This document shows, piece after piece, positions 35,949-48,253 of a DNA stretch of 64,000 nucleotides (position 1 is the first letter of the stretch; the number at the start of each line of letters is the position of its first letter). Under the pieces are notes generated by a model that did not search any database, was not told the origin of the DNA, and worked only from the letters and a program-made list of their open reading frames with translations. A program made the position numbers and the translations under genes. This DNA is from Dudresnaya verticillata (taxonomy: Eukaryota), in the NCBI GenBank assembly GCA_977862235.1, contig OZ374565.1, positions 248,001 through 312,000 on the forward strand, read 5' to 3'.

Positions 35949-37697
35949 TTAAGCAAGCTTGAATACCACGCAGTAATTAGGAGAGTTCGAAGTTCCTCGG
36001 ACACGGAAAATAACTTTCAGGCACTTCCTGTCAATCCTCTCGAACGGCCGCGGGTCAAAACGATTCGGCACAACCGCGTACTGCCCATAGCGGGAAGATG
36101 CCGCAAATAGCTTCCCTTTCGCTCGAGTCTCCTGGCCATTGGGTTTCACAAATACAGTGCGCAATATTGCAGAGCGCAACACCCCGGGATGCCTCCCATC
36201 GAGCAAGTTCACAACAGGCGGTGTGAACTTCTTCTTGAATATCGGCTCACCAGGAATCAGAAACGCTGGAATCCCAGTCGGGAATGTATGGAATCGCAGC
36301 AAGCAGTGGTAGCTTGCGCTTCTACATGCGTCTTTAAGCGGTGCGGGTGTTGGGGCAGCAGCTCCCAAACAAAGATCTCCAGCCAACTTATTCACTTGCG
36401 AAGAGAGCACTGCGAATGAAGGTGCACGCAGAGCGAAGCTGGGACTTGATGCCAGATCTTCTAGGTACTTTCCGGCCACTCCGTTTCCAATTCCGACAGT
36501 AAGAATTGCTATTCCGTGGCTCTTCACTGACGCTGATATATTGGTTACCCGAGGAACGGCATTGTCCCTTCCGTCTGTTACCACGACGAGAAGTTTCGTC
36601 CCTTTCCTTGGGTGCAGATCATTGAAACATGCCTGAACACCAGCAAACATGTTCGTGTATCCAATCGTCCCCTTCAGAGCTGCGATAGCAGGCATGAACT
36701 GTTGCAATCTCTGCATAGTCATAGTGCGGACCGATTTCGCCCGAATATTGAAGGTGTGAGCAGAGTAATAAGCCATAGGACTCCTCAAGGCGACCTGCCT
36801 GGAGGTTTCCCGCACAAATTCCTTCTCCATTTCAAGTTCAGCGGCGCTCATCGATCGACTGTTGTCAATTGCGAAACAAACGTTGTCGACGGGGCAAGGC
36901 GTCGGTGATGGCGACACAGATGGGGTGACAGAGGTTGATGGGGTGGCAGAGGTTGATGGAGTCGGTGATGGCGACCCAGATGGGGTGACAGAGGTTGATG
37001 AAGTGGGTGAGGCAGTTGGTGTAATTGTAGGCGTAGGGCTTGTTGTCGGGCAGGGAGAAGTTATCGAGACTTGGCACGAAGCCTTCGTAGCTTGTTGAAT
37101 GACAGAAGCCAAGTTTCCGAACCTTGCGTTGACGTAGAATGCCGGACTGCTGGCAACTTGTTTCAGAAAGGCTTCGCTTATGCCACTGCCGATGCCTATT
37201 GTGACAATGGCAATACCACTGGTAGTCTTCATGGAATTGGCAATAGATAGGGTTGGAAAAGGACCACTATCAACTCCATCAGTCAGGGCCACAACCACAC
37301 GGTTTCCGACTGTTCCAACAAGCGACCTACAGACTGCTAAGCCCCTCCCAATGTTCGTTCCTCGAGCGATTTGGGTTGTGCTCTGGATTGCATTCTTGAA
37401 ACTGGAAATGCTTGAGGTACTAGTAGACACCGTGCGAGCACTATCTGAAAAAGAAGCTGCGCTGTACTTAACAATTGCCCCTTGGTTTGCAGCAGCAACA
37501 GCATCAGCTAACGATGAAACAAAGCCCTTCTGCTCTAGAAATTGGGGGGAAGTGATCGATCCACTCTCATCCAATGCGAAACACACATGTTGAATAGAAC
37601 AAGTCGTTGTCCCCGTTCCGCATGGCGGCGGAGATGCAGCTTTTGCGCTGGAAATGATTCCAAGCAAAACACAGAGCAAAGAAAAGAACGTCTTCAT
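35949..37697 (-). CDS. Secreted protein with two von Willebrand factor A domains and a Pro/Ser/Thr linker (582 aa)
   Basis: Signal peptide MKTFFSLLCVLLGIISSAKA. MIDAS-like FALDESGS and FAIDNSRS, each with LTDG/VTDG and TIGIG/TVGIG. Uninterrupted ORF. Confidence 0.92.
   Translation of the reverse strand: MKTFFSLLCVLLGIISSAKAASPPPCGTGTTTCSIQHVCFALDESGSITSPQFLEQKGFVSSLADAVAAANQGAIVKYSAASFSDSARTVSTSTSSISSFKNAIQSTTQIARGTNIGRGLAVCRSLVGTVGNRVVVALTDGVDSGPFPTLSIANSMKTTSGIAIVTIGIGSGISEAFLKQVASSPAFYVNARFGNLASVIQQATKASCQVSITSPCPTTSPTPTITPTASPTSSTSVTPSGSPSPTPSTSATPSTSVTPSVSPSPTPCPVDNVCFAIDNSRSMSAAELEMEKEFVRETSRQVALRSPMAYYSAHTFNIRAKSVRTMTMQRLQQFMPAIAALKGTIGYTNMFAGVQACFNDLHPRKGTKLLVVVTDGRDNAVPRVTNISASVKSHGIAILTVGIGNGVAGKYLEDLASSPSFALRAPSFAVLSSQVNKLAGDLCLGAAAPTPAPLKDACRSASYHCLLRFHTFPTGIPAFLIPGEPIFKKKFTPPVVNLLDGRHPGVLRSAILRTVFVKPNGQETRAKGKLFAASSRYGQYAVVPNRFDPRPFERIDRKCLKVIFRVRGTSNSPNYCVVFKLA
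36900..37000. repeat. Coding tandem repeat (60-bp unit with 18-bp subunits) forming the vWA linker
   Basis: GTCGGTGATGGCGAC(A/C)CAGATGGGGTGACAGAGGTTGATG at 36901 and 36961. Confidence 0.8.
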
Positions 37698-37836
37698 GCT
37701 ACCTCTTAAACAGATGGAGAGGTTGCGCTTACGAATTAAATCCCAGAAACGAAGCCAACACTCTGTGTGTCGGCCGATAACAGTCTGAACACTTTCCCTG
37801 AAGCCAGAGCCCCTTGAGTTCAGAAGGGTCTTAGTC

Positions 37837-37843
37837 TTATATA
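37837..37843 (-). promoter_or_regulatory. Candidate TATA box of the vWA gene
   Basis: TATATAA on the minus strand about 140 bp upstream of the ATG. Confidence 0.45.
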
Positions 37844-40284
37844 CTGTCTTATTTGAAAGACTTCCCTGATATCTTAGATGCTACGTCGGAGCAGAAGTTT
37901 TCACCATCTATCGACACATTCAAGACGATAGGTTTATACCGACCACGGGTTTATTTAAAATGTTTATGTACCTAGTCAATCGCCAACGATTTCCTGCTTA
38001 TTGCAGGTTTTTCTTAATAGAAGAAACAATGCCAATCGACTAGCGTTCTGCTTGTAACGTCGCCATGCCCCCCTCTGATGCAGGAAACTTGTTCGAAACT
38101 GTGAAGTGCTGCACAGTAAGGCACAGGAAGGTACGTAAAAGCAGCAAATCTACAAAAAATGGTGCCTAGTCTTCCCATGGATTCAGAGAGGTCATTAGAT
38201 AGACATCTGCGGGGAAGAGTAAGAAGGACATCCAAGTCTGTATAATAAATTGGCAAAACTGGCAATGCCGTAGTCCATAATTTAGGAAGCTCTTCGAAAT
38301 GGTGAGGCACTGTTATGCATGCACTACATTTACAGGATGTGTAGAATATATAAGAAAGAACGCGGTCGTGGTGCATGAGATAACTCACAAACCTTATTGA
38401 AAATGCACATTTTACACAATGAGCCTCCAGAGAGACTGGTCACTGAACCAGACTCGTTCATTACTGCAGGGAGGGTCGATGTAGAAAGCGAGAGACCGCG
38501 TTGGGGTATCTGCCTGATTGTAGCGCGGCATTGCTCACCATCTGTCACAGAGTACAGTACGTCACTATCGCGAGCGCTGATTATTATATCCCGATTTTTT
38601 CTGCAATAAGTATTAAACGTGTTAGAATCCAGAAATGCATCTTTCGCTGCCTGTGGAACAGCAGTACCAAGAGGCAGTCAATCCGATGCATGGCGCTTAT
38701 GTACAAAATGGCACCTCTGATTAAACTGGTAGAAGGCGTTTCTGCTGGGTATATACGTCACTTGCGGCGTAACAGAACTGCATTACCGCACAAATTGAAA
38801 CCCGAACGGCGGGGCCTTAAAATAGCTGCTTCAGTACTCCTCGAGATTCATCGACATGACCTATTGCAAACGGAGACCTGATTACAAAACAAGAAAAAAA
38901 CAACAGGAGACTCAACAGGGGCGGGCTCACCCGTCCCCTGTAATTTCATTATTGTATTGAGAGAGACCTTTATTAAAGAACAAGAGTTTATTGTACTGTG
39001 TAATCGGCAGGGGGTCTTCCTAGGACACATCTCTTTTCGCACATAAGCCCATCAATCGACCGTGTGAACGTTAAACAACAAATAAAATACAACAACACAT
39101 AGAAATTGCTCTTGTTGCGAAACCAATCGACAGTTTTATAAAATGCTCACCCTTTTCTGCAACATGTCGTTTTAATTCTAATATTATTGCAATCTGTGTC
39201 GTTCTGTTGTCTACACTGCAGGATCGCGTGCTACGGCGTCGGTGGCGTCGAGAGCGGCGCGGCGCATTGTGCGCGGCGCGCGTGAGCGGGGCCGGCGGGG
39301 CGAAGGCCGCGCGCGAGCGACTCGCCGCCATGGTTGCTCGCGGTCGGACGGGGGGAGGGGGCGGGGGGGACGCGCGAGCTGAGCTCGGCACGACGGGCGC
39401 GGCGCGAGGCTGATCTGCGCGTTGGGGCGGGGAGTGAGAGCTCGCGGCGCGGCATCGGCACGAACGGCGCCGCTGCGGTGCGCGGCGCGCGCGCATTGGT
39501 CGAGGCGCGGGGCGATTGGAGTGTTTCTGTGAAGGGTTCTCGCTGCCGCGTTGCACACGTGTATCGAGCGTTTCTTGTGTGACCTGCCATGAAGGCTTCA
39601 TTGCAGGCATCGCGCAGACGCTCCTTGTGCCCACTATGCACTACCACTCTCACAATCCGCGCAAGGTCCGGAATGCTGCAAAGTAGACCTCCGGAAGCAT
39701 TCCCTCACTTACAAAACACCGGCACCCTCCGCGGCACCGCCTTCCTTTCGTTCACAGCACTTTCGATACCACCCCAATTCCACTTTTGTTAGTCGACAAC
39801 TTCGCGTGCTTCCATGCTCCTCATTCCGCAGCCTGCTCAACCTAGTTCTATCACTCGGATCGACCATCTCATTCTTCAAACGTTCACCGAGGCAATAAAG
39901 TTGACAAATTCTCTCGAGTTCCTATTTTCAATACTACCCATGGGAAGCAAAACAATATCACTCCCATAAAGAGAGTCGCGAGATTTAGCTTTGCACCGCA
40001 GTAACCGTAGGCCCCTTCATTGTTCAATGCCAATTAACTCCAACAAAGGGCATGATGACCAACCTTAGTGGTCTTTCCATCATTTCCATTCAGAAAAATC
40101 CATACCATAAGAATCCCCTCGACAGAGCTGCTCGCTCCCTTGTGCTTGTGCTACCTCATATCAACTCCCCATCCGATCCGACCCTGTAGCAACCTCCAAC
40201 GTTTCCCGCATGTTCCTCGGCTGCAAGGGCTCGTCACTGAAAAAAGAAACGGACTACCTTGCTTGACATAACTCTGCATCGATA

Positions 40285-40869
40285 ATGACTACTGATGCAT
40301 GGCTTGAAAGACTCAATCCGGAGGAAGAAGAGGTCTACAACCTGATTAACAGTGCCGAAGAGGAATATTTGCGATATTTATCCGCAAAGGCACATCACGC
40401 CCCGCTTCCCTTAGAAGAATATCATCTTGTCTATTCTGCGCTATCACGAGCACTACGATGCCAGCAGCGTCTGGTTCTACTTGGGGTCAACGTCATGGAA
40501 AACTTCTTGGCCTCCGGAACACTCAACATTGTTGAAAACCAAATCAACCTCCACGCTGCTCCATCGCGTAGAATTTCGTATCCGCCATTGAGGAACAATG
40601 CGCAGAAAATTGCCAGTGATACGCAAATGAAGAGAATCCAGAACACAAAACATGCCTTCAAAGCCTACATCTTCGCGAAGGACACCAGTCAAAAGAATAA
40701 CCTCATCGCACAGCACTACATCAAGGACGCCACCGAAAATCTGTTGAAGGTCATCAACGATTTGCATCAGATGTTCAAACTTGCGGGGAGGAAGGCTGAA
40801 GCGATTCAAAAGTCGAAAGAAGCGCTTGGATACAATGAAAGTCTTATTTCTCGAGTCGAACGGCTGTAA
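40285..40869 (+). CDS. Hypothetical, probably helical 194-aa protein
   Basis: ATG-initiated open frame with natural composition, outside recognisable TEs. No family recognised. Confidence 0.55.
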   Translation: MTTDAWLERLNPEEEEVYNLINSAEEEYLRYLSAKAHHAPLPLEEYHLVYSALSRALRCQQRLVLLGVNVMENFLASGTLNIVENQINLHAAPSRRISYPPLRNNAQKIASDTQMKRIQNTKHAFKAYIFAKDTSQKNNLIAQHYIKDATENLLKVINDLHQMFKLAGRKAEAIQKSKEALGYNESLISRVERL

Positions 40870-43452
40870 CACCCCAACAATGTGGAACGGGTTTGAAGAG
40901 CCGTAGTAGCTACTACAGTAACAACGTACCAATCTACCGAGATCATGGAAAGGCATGAGAAACTCTAAGCTCCCTGGTCTTTCCCTTATGCGGGACAAAC
41001 ATAATCAAGATAGCTTTTCTTGACCCGAGTATAATTTGCCTACCTCGGTAATGATGTGAGTTCGTGGTGGCTGTTAACCGCCGTGCACTCTTTGACCGTT
41101 GCCTTTCACATGAATTGTAAGCAGGTCCCCTTAAGGGCTGTAGTCTTACCTATGCATAAAGGGCTCCCTCAACGTATTGTTTGCTTGTTTAGGCCAGGGC
41201 TTTGCCGCGTACTATTGCGGTCTATTTTTCGTCAGTATTGACAATATGCAGTAATATTGCAATACTGAGAGAAAGGGCAATATTTATTGCTATTTGGTCC
41301 AATGTTTCACCAGATCGATTCCTCATATGCTCTATGAATTATATTCAGTCCAACGAGTCGGTATCACTATCATATTGATGACATTGATGTAGTAGACAGC
41401 ACCCGGACCAACAGCATTAGTAGAATGTTGTCTGTCCAGTGTTCTCTCGATGACATATGAATGCAATCTTAGGCCCATTCGTTACTGTTTGGGTGCACTC
41501 CGACATATTCTATGAACAATTCCACGATACTTAACATATGCAGTGCAAGAGAGCAAACGTCTGGCCTTGGTAACTACTCTTGCTGTCGTTTTAAAGTGGA
41601 CTCTTTTCTGTGTGTGAATCGTTTGATGCGTGTGTGTTGTGTCGTGCTGTCTATGTATGAACAGCCGAGGCTATGTAGAGCCTCTTCGCCACAACAAAAT
41701 ACTACGAAAGGAATGTATCTGAGATATACTGGCACTACGAGCTGTCACAACGCTAGCGGTATATTATTGCCGTAGCTTTGGTGACACTCTACTATCAGAA
41801 TGCAGCTGCAGTATTCGTGGAGTGCACTCTCTTACATGCAATACTTAGACAACTGCCCTATACATACATATATATCTACTATTGAGATATATATTCAACT
41901 ATATAAATAGTAGCATCTTTTCAGTCTGAAGACTATTTCCATAATGGCCTCGTTCTTTTCGTAATGGAACTGATACGGCGTTACCAGGAGCACTGTTCCT
42001 TAACACAAGCAGCATTTCTTATCTCTCAACTTTTAATTCCTTAAAAGAAATACGTCAGCAGGCTGTCGACATCAAGAAAGAGACGACCGCATTTCGAAGC
42101 CCAGCATTTGAAGGTTGTCAAGGTACAACCGAGTAAAGGCTTAGAAGCCTTTAGGGTTACGGTACCTAATTACAGTGTCTTACACCTGGTGATATCGAAA
42201 GTGCAGAGTTTGTATGGATCTGGGGCGAATCAGTAGTTCCGGAGAGAGAGGACGAGTTTGAAGGTCCAGTGGAAGGTATAGAACGTACCCCATTGTGCAC
42301 CCATTGCCCGAGAAGCACAAACATACGATTTTATGGCAGTGCAAATCCACAAGGGGTCCCCAATATCTGATCTGATTGTCGGCGACAGGCCGTCTGCTCG
42401 ACATCGCCTGATAGAGCGTGATGCGAGGACGTGAGAATATTAATTTCTATCACAGATTCGAGTCTGTCTGGGTGTGGTGCAGTTGACAGTGTTACACATA
42501 GCGCTCGCACTGTTTGGGAGTACTCCCTACAATGGGATCCCAAAGCGCACACGCGACGCTGCAGGGTAATTCCCTAGAATGGGAGCCTGCTGGGGAACGC
42601 ACTGCTGAACAATGGCAGACCCCACGGCCGATCATGGCTATCGCGCACAGACCTGGTGAACCTGCACAAGGCAGAACTGCCGGTCTGACAAGGCGAATTT
42701 GCGTCCCTTCGGACAACCCTCTACATCTTATTGGCTAACGCTCAGGGTCCCCTGACAACAGGGTTCAGACCTGAATGACTTTCCGTCCGTCCCCGACCCA
42801 CTGTGGGACGGCGGGTGTGAACACATCCACCTGTTCAGGTCTATCTGACTTGGAGCGGATCCCGCGAGCATGCGGGCCACAAATACTGTGGGTCGCTTTG
42901 AGCCGTCCGGCTGTAGAAATAATAAAGCCAGCACGCTGGCGTCGAACGACGAAGACGAGGGACAACACACCACTCCTCATCCACGCCGTGACTTTGCCCT
43001 CCACTTTGCCAACCCCAACTTTCTCTCTACCGACCTTTTACTTTTCCTTTTCGCGTTCGCGATCTACTGCTTCGAAGGCAAAAGCGGTTACGCGTCACAG
43101 TAATTACTTTTCCCCGGAGTAGTTTCGTTTTTGTTGACGAAGCGAGATTGTGTTCACGGTGACCAGCACTAGGAGTGCTACGAATGGATCCAATGCCCAA
43201 GATTCATGCACAAAATCCGTGTCCGTCAGACGATCGTCGAAACGGTGGAAGCGAAGGCTGATAGGACTGTCAACGGCTGACTTCGTCTTGTTCAAGCACG
43301 ATCGCGAGATCTATGAACGACGAGTCGCTGAGAAGAATTCGGATCCGAATGTTAAGATCCAGCTTACGACCTACAAGGACTCTATTCTACCTGCTGTGCT
43401 GGAGATCTTCGCACTAGGTGACTGGGTTCCGATGGACACCATTGATGACATC

Positions 43453-44178
43453 TGTAGTAGAATGGCTTTGAAGCCAACAGAGACGGCGACACGGCACGAC
43501 AGCTGTCCTCAAAGAGCGATCCCACTCGCGTGGTTGGTAGCTCGGTAAAGGGGTGGTAGAGACTTGAAAGGGCTTAAAGCCCTAACAAAGGAAAAAGGGA
43601 TAGGCGAACCCTGCTGAATAGAGCAATTCGTCGTAGACGACAGGGCTTGTAGACGCCCAAAGGGAAGTTGTAGCGGTAGCACCGTAAGCGTCCAAAAAGG
43701 GGAAAACCCAAGGCACAGACCGCTGCCGGTTTAGTGCCGGGCCCCTGCTACTCAGGGGCCCCATAAATACAGCGAGAGCCGAAAAGTGCTCCTCGCTCAG
43801 TTAGAGCTCTATGGCTAATACTTAGCTAATACTGTACAATACAGGTACGATATATCCTTAGATAGGAATGAGTGGTCAGGCCACAAGGCCCGCGCGGCGC
43901 CACTGTCAGGCGCCGTGCGGCAAACATCCGCCAGCAATGCATGGCGCGATGGTGCGGCCATGGTTAATCCCCAAATGGCACAGGGCCATATTATCTGGAG
44001 CAGTGTGCCCTACAGATCAACTCTGTACACGTGTTGCCTTACAGCGCAGGAGCGTTCCAGCAATGAAATCAATCGGAGCACCAGCCATGTCATCCGGGCA
44101 GTTGTGCGCCCGTCATTCCTTACAGAGGACTCGTGTCCACGTGGCTCCTTACAGGGCGTCAACGCCCGTTGTACCACA
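43453..44178 (-). mobile_element. Solo LTR in gag, second copy (TSD ACATC)
   Basis: Duplicate of 2676..3401. Confidence 0.92.
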
Positions 44179-47100
44179 ACATCACGGAGAACCATCTTGA
44201 GGACTGTGTGGCCAAGCAGGCTGTAGTTAATCCTGATGATTATGATCTTGGAAAGCTCGATGATTCCCTCAATGACTAGAAGCTCGGACGAGCGGATAGT
44301 GAACACAACCTAGAAGCCCAAGTTTAGCAGCTGATCTTTGAATACACCAAGATCTTACAGAACTGTGGTTACAATAAGTTTGCCGAACGGCACCCGAAGC
44401 TTGCCGTGGAGCACATACTGAAGCGTATCACTCACCCGTTCCTGAAGAACCGCATGATCATGACTGCGCGTCTGAAGAAGGACGAGGACTTTCACAAGAA
44501 CTTCAAAGTTTTCGTACGAGAACTCGCGAAGGAGGCGCGGCTGATCGACCGCATGAACGCCGCCAAGAAATACAAAGCGCCCGCTACCGCTTTCGACAAG
44601 TTTGCTACTCGTGTTGCGGATGATCCGCCGCCGACGGCGCCATACCGATCGGGTAGTTCCGGTTCCGGACGTAAGAATAAGAACCGTTGTAATAAAGGTG
44701 GTGCATCTGGCAGTACTGCAGAAGATGGGAACCACAATCAAGACAAACCGTTCGGTGGTAACGATGGCAGAGGTAAACACTTTCGCGAACCTCCCCATTG
44801 TCTCAACCCAAAGTGCGACAAGCGCCATTGGGTTGATGACTGTGAAATAACTGCGGACGCAGAGAAGAAACGTCTCAAGGATGAGTGCCGTGCGCGTTCG
44901 CAAGCGCGCAAGTGATCGAAGCAGGACTCAGAGAAGCGAGAAAACATCGGATCTGTAGAACTACCTACCGAAGGAGAACACACTTCAATGTTCTCAGCCT
45001 CATTCTGTTCAGGTGCTGTAGAGGTGTCCGCCTTAACCGATCAAGGTTCGGATGCTAATCTAATTTCACCATCAGTACTGAAGGAGATCTTACAGGCTGA
45101 CCCAGATGTTCGAGTTGTGACTCTACCAAAGAAGCTGGAGTTCTCCAATGCTCATTCTTCTGCGGTGAAGATCACGTGCAGCAGGCAAGTATCCGCTGAC
45201 GTAATGCTACGCGTACGCCATGGTACGAACCTCATCTTGCGAGGAATGAAGTGGCTGGTCACAAACGCTGCAGTACAGCACGTTTATGTCGGACGACATG
45301 TTCTCGCGTCTATAGGGTTGAACAACCGTGTCATGCTCGAGTTCGCGGCTGATAGATTCGGAGGAGTCGTCGACGTCCCAGAAGTTCTTCATAAGGATGG
45401 GAGTGGCGACAATCCTTGCGCCGACGCCGGTGCGTCTATCCATGGAATCCTTCGCGAACGCGGTTTGGATTTCGGAAGCACCTTCCACAGCAAAGGGGGT
45501 GCTGAGGACGATCAACTCGAAGACAGTAACGTCTACGTCGATCTTGGCGAGGACTCGCCGGATGATTTGAAACAGGCGATCGCCGCAATGGTCGAAGACG
45601 CTCGCAACAATGGACTGAGCGATACCGGAGCCGAACGGCTGACCTCTATCCTGGACAGGTACCCGGTTTTCGGATTCGGCTGGGCAAATCCCAACCAGTC
45701 GACGTTCCGCCAATGAGGGTACGACGTCAACAAGGATACCGACCGGTACGTTTGAAAGCAAGGAGATACTCCGGTGAACAAAGGAACTTCCTGAACGCGC
45801 GCGTCGTACGCGTACGTGGATCGGCTCAAGGAGATGGAATTTTCGAGGAGATGACAACCGCCAAATGGCAAGCGGCACCTCTCCTTGTGCCGAAGCCTGA
45901 TTCCAGAGCTGGGTATCGTATGACCGTGGACCTTCGTCCGGCCAATGGCGCGACAATCAAAGAGTCGTGGCCAATGCCTCATCTGGACAGCGAGGTGTAT
46001 GATTTCTCAGGGAGCACTGTGGTGCAAGGGAAGGGCTGCCCCTTTTTCGCTGTGAGCGTATTATATGCCAACGTCTACCGACGGCACGTCGACCGCCGTT
46101 GGCGCGCGAACACGTCATGGACGGTTGGCCCACGGGCATACGGCCGCCGTTACCCGGCGCGGCGCACGCGCCCACTGTACGGCCAGATCCAGATGCACGA
46201 TCCGGATCGGCCAGGCGCAAGGCGCACGCCTGTAAGCCTGGCCCGGATCCGGATCGGATCCGGATGGGACATCGGGATCCGGCATCGGGATCCACAGTGA
46301 TGTAAGGAGCGCGTCTGTAATGGCCGCGCGCCAGCAATGCTGGTAGGGATCTGGATCCGAATCCGGATCACCCACAATGCTACACGCATGCGCCTGTAAG
46401 CTACTCCTGAGCTCCCGCGCGCGCGGCTGCATGGCGACGACGACGTGTCAGACACTCGACGACGCGACACGCGTCCTGAGTCCCCGCGCACCGCGCCTGC
46501 CGCCGTCACTCACGTAGTATATGAGGTAATCCGTCTGAGACGCTGAGTAAATCCCGGACAAGCCGGCCTTGGTCCAGACTTCCCCGTTCCGCACGCGCGT
46601 ACCCTACCGCTGCCTACGGCTAAGCGTCTACCTCCCGTGCTTCTACGTCTACCATCGTCCTTGACGTGCTCCCTTTCTGTTTCCTTTCCCCTTCCTTCAC
46701 ACCTTCCGCCTCGGGCGTCTACAGTCCGCCCAAGGCGTGCCCCTTTTGCTCTACCAACAACTCGCCCACGGCGGGATCACCTACCGCCAAGGGCGCAGCT
46801 ACCCACCGAGCCCCGCACTGCTCGGCGGTCTATCGTCTCGGACGTTTTGCACCACATCTGGTCTCCCGACCTAAAATTGTGCTACGTTTCAACGAGTTAC
46901 TCCGTCGTGCGACGTCCGACTCTTCGTCTTCAGACGTTTGTCGCTAATCGTCCACGACGTTCAAGCAACTCTACGATTGTATCATGGCCTCACGACCGCC
47001 GCCGTCGAGAGGCCCAAGTTCAAGAAGACCGTCTTCGACGCCAGGGAGTGTACCCGCGTCACAAGCGCCCTCGGAATGCAGCCGCGCGCCTGACACATTT

Positions 47101-47787
47101 GCCCACGCCACCGCGCGCGCCGCGCTAATGCTTACACCTACACGTGTTCACGCACCGCGCTTACAGACTCTTGGTCCCATTGTCCTCCGCTGCCCTGTGA
47201 CACGTGCCACGTGTGCAAGTATGCCACGGGGCGCAGCAGCGTGACCCAGTAACTACACCTCACGCGTTCTCTCAACCCGACATTGCCGTCACTATCCGCT
47301 GTGAGCGGGAGGTCTGGTTCTTGACCAAGTTGCCCGACAAAGTCGAATGACTAGCGCCATCGGCGGAAACAGGGATCACGAGCGGGTTCGCGCCTCGAGC
47401 TCAATCCCAGTCGCCAAAGGCGGTAGAAACGTCAAAGACGGGAGCTATCCGTCTAGGACGGTACAGAGCGCCAGCGGCGTTGGATAATTTGCACCATATG
47501 GCCCCCTTCCAAAACGCGAACACGCGAAGCAAATTCGTGAGGAACGTATTATTACCGGCCGTGCCGTGGTTATGTCACTTCCATTCCCCTCAAGGACGTG
47601 CGGCGTTGCCGAGTTTCCCGTCATAAGACGACTTGAGCAATTCACTAGTAGCGGTGTGCCCAGGGCTCCGAGGTCACCGGTGGTAGAACGTCCAAGACGG
47701 TTATCCCCGTGTAGGGCGGCTACCAGCGCTGCGCAGTAGCCGGGCGTCCACGCGCATAAATAAACGATAAATTTTGACGGCATGCAG

Positions 47788-48096
47788 AAGCGCACCAATC
47801 AGCGTTCAATTTGCGTGCGGCGTGAAGCGCACCAATGAGCGCTCAATTTGGGTGTGCGCAGGTCACGTGCCTGTAAGCCCAAGCGCACCAATCAACGTCC
47901 AATTTGCGTGCAGCGCGAAGCGCACCAATGAGCGCGCAATTTGGGTGTAAGGCGAAGCGCACCAATGGGCGTTCAATTTCCTGGCGCACAGGTCACGTGC
48001 CTGTAAGCTCAAGCGCACCAATGAGTGTCCAATTTGCGCGCGGGGCGAAGCGCACCAATCACCATCCAATTTGGGTGTAAGCTGAAGCGCACCAAT
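47788..48096 (-). repeat. ATTGGTGCGCTT array, inverted copy
   Basis: Eight AAGCGCACCAAT cores. Confidence 0.88.
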
Positions 48097-48253
48097 TAGC
48101 GCTTGATTTCCTTGTGCACAGGCCATTCGTCTGTAAGGCGGAGCGCACCAGTCATGCGTCGGGGGCTCTTACGTTCGGCGCGGCGTGCAGTGAACCGCCA
48201 TCGGCGGGCGTGATCGTCAGGGACGGTATGAAAAACGCTAATGCGTGCGGTTG

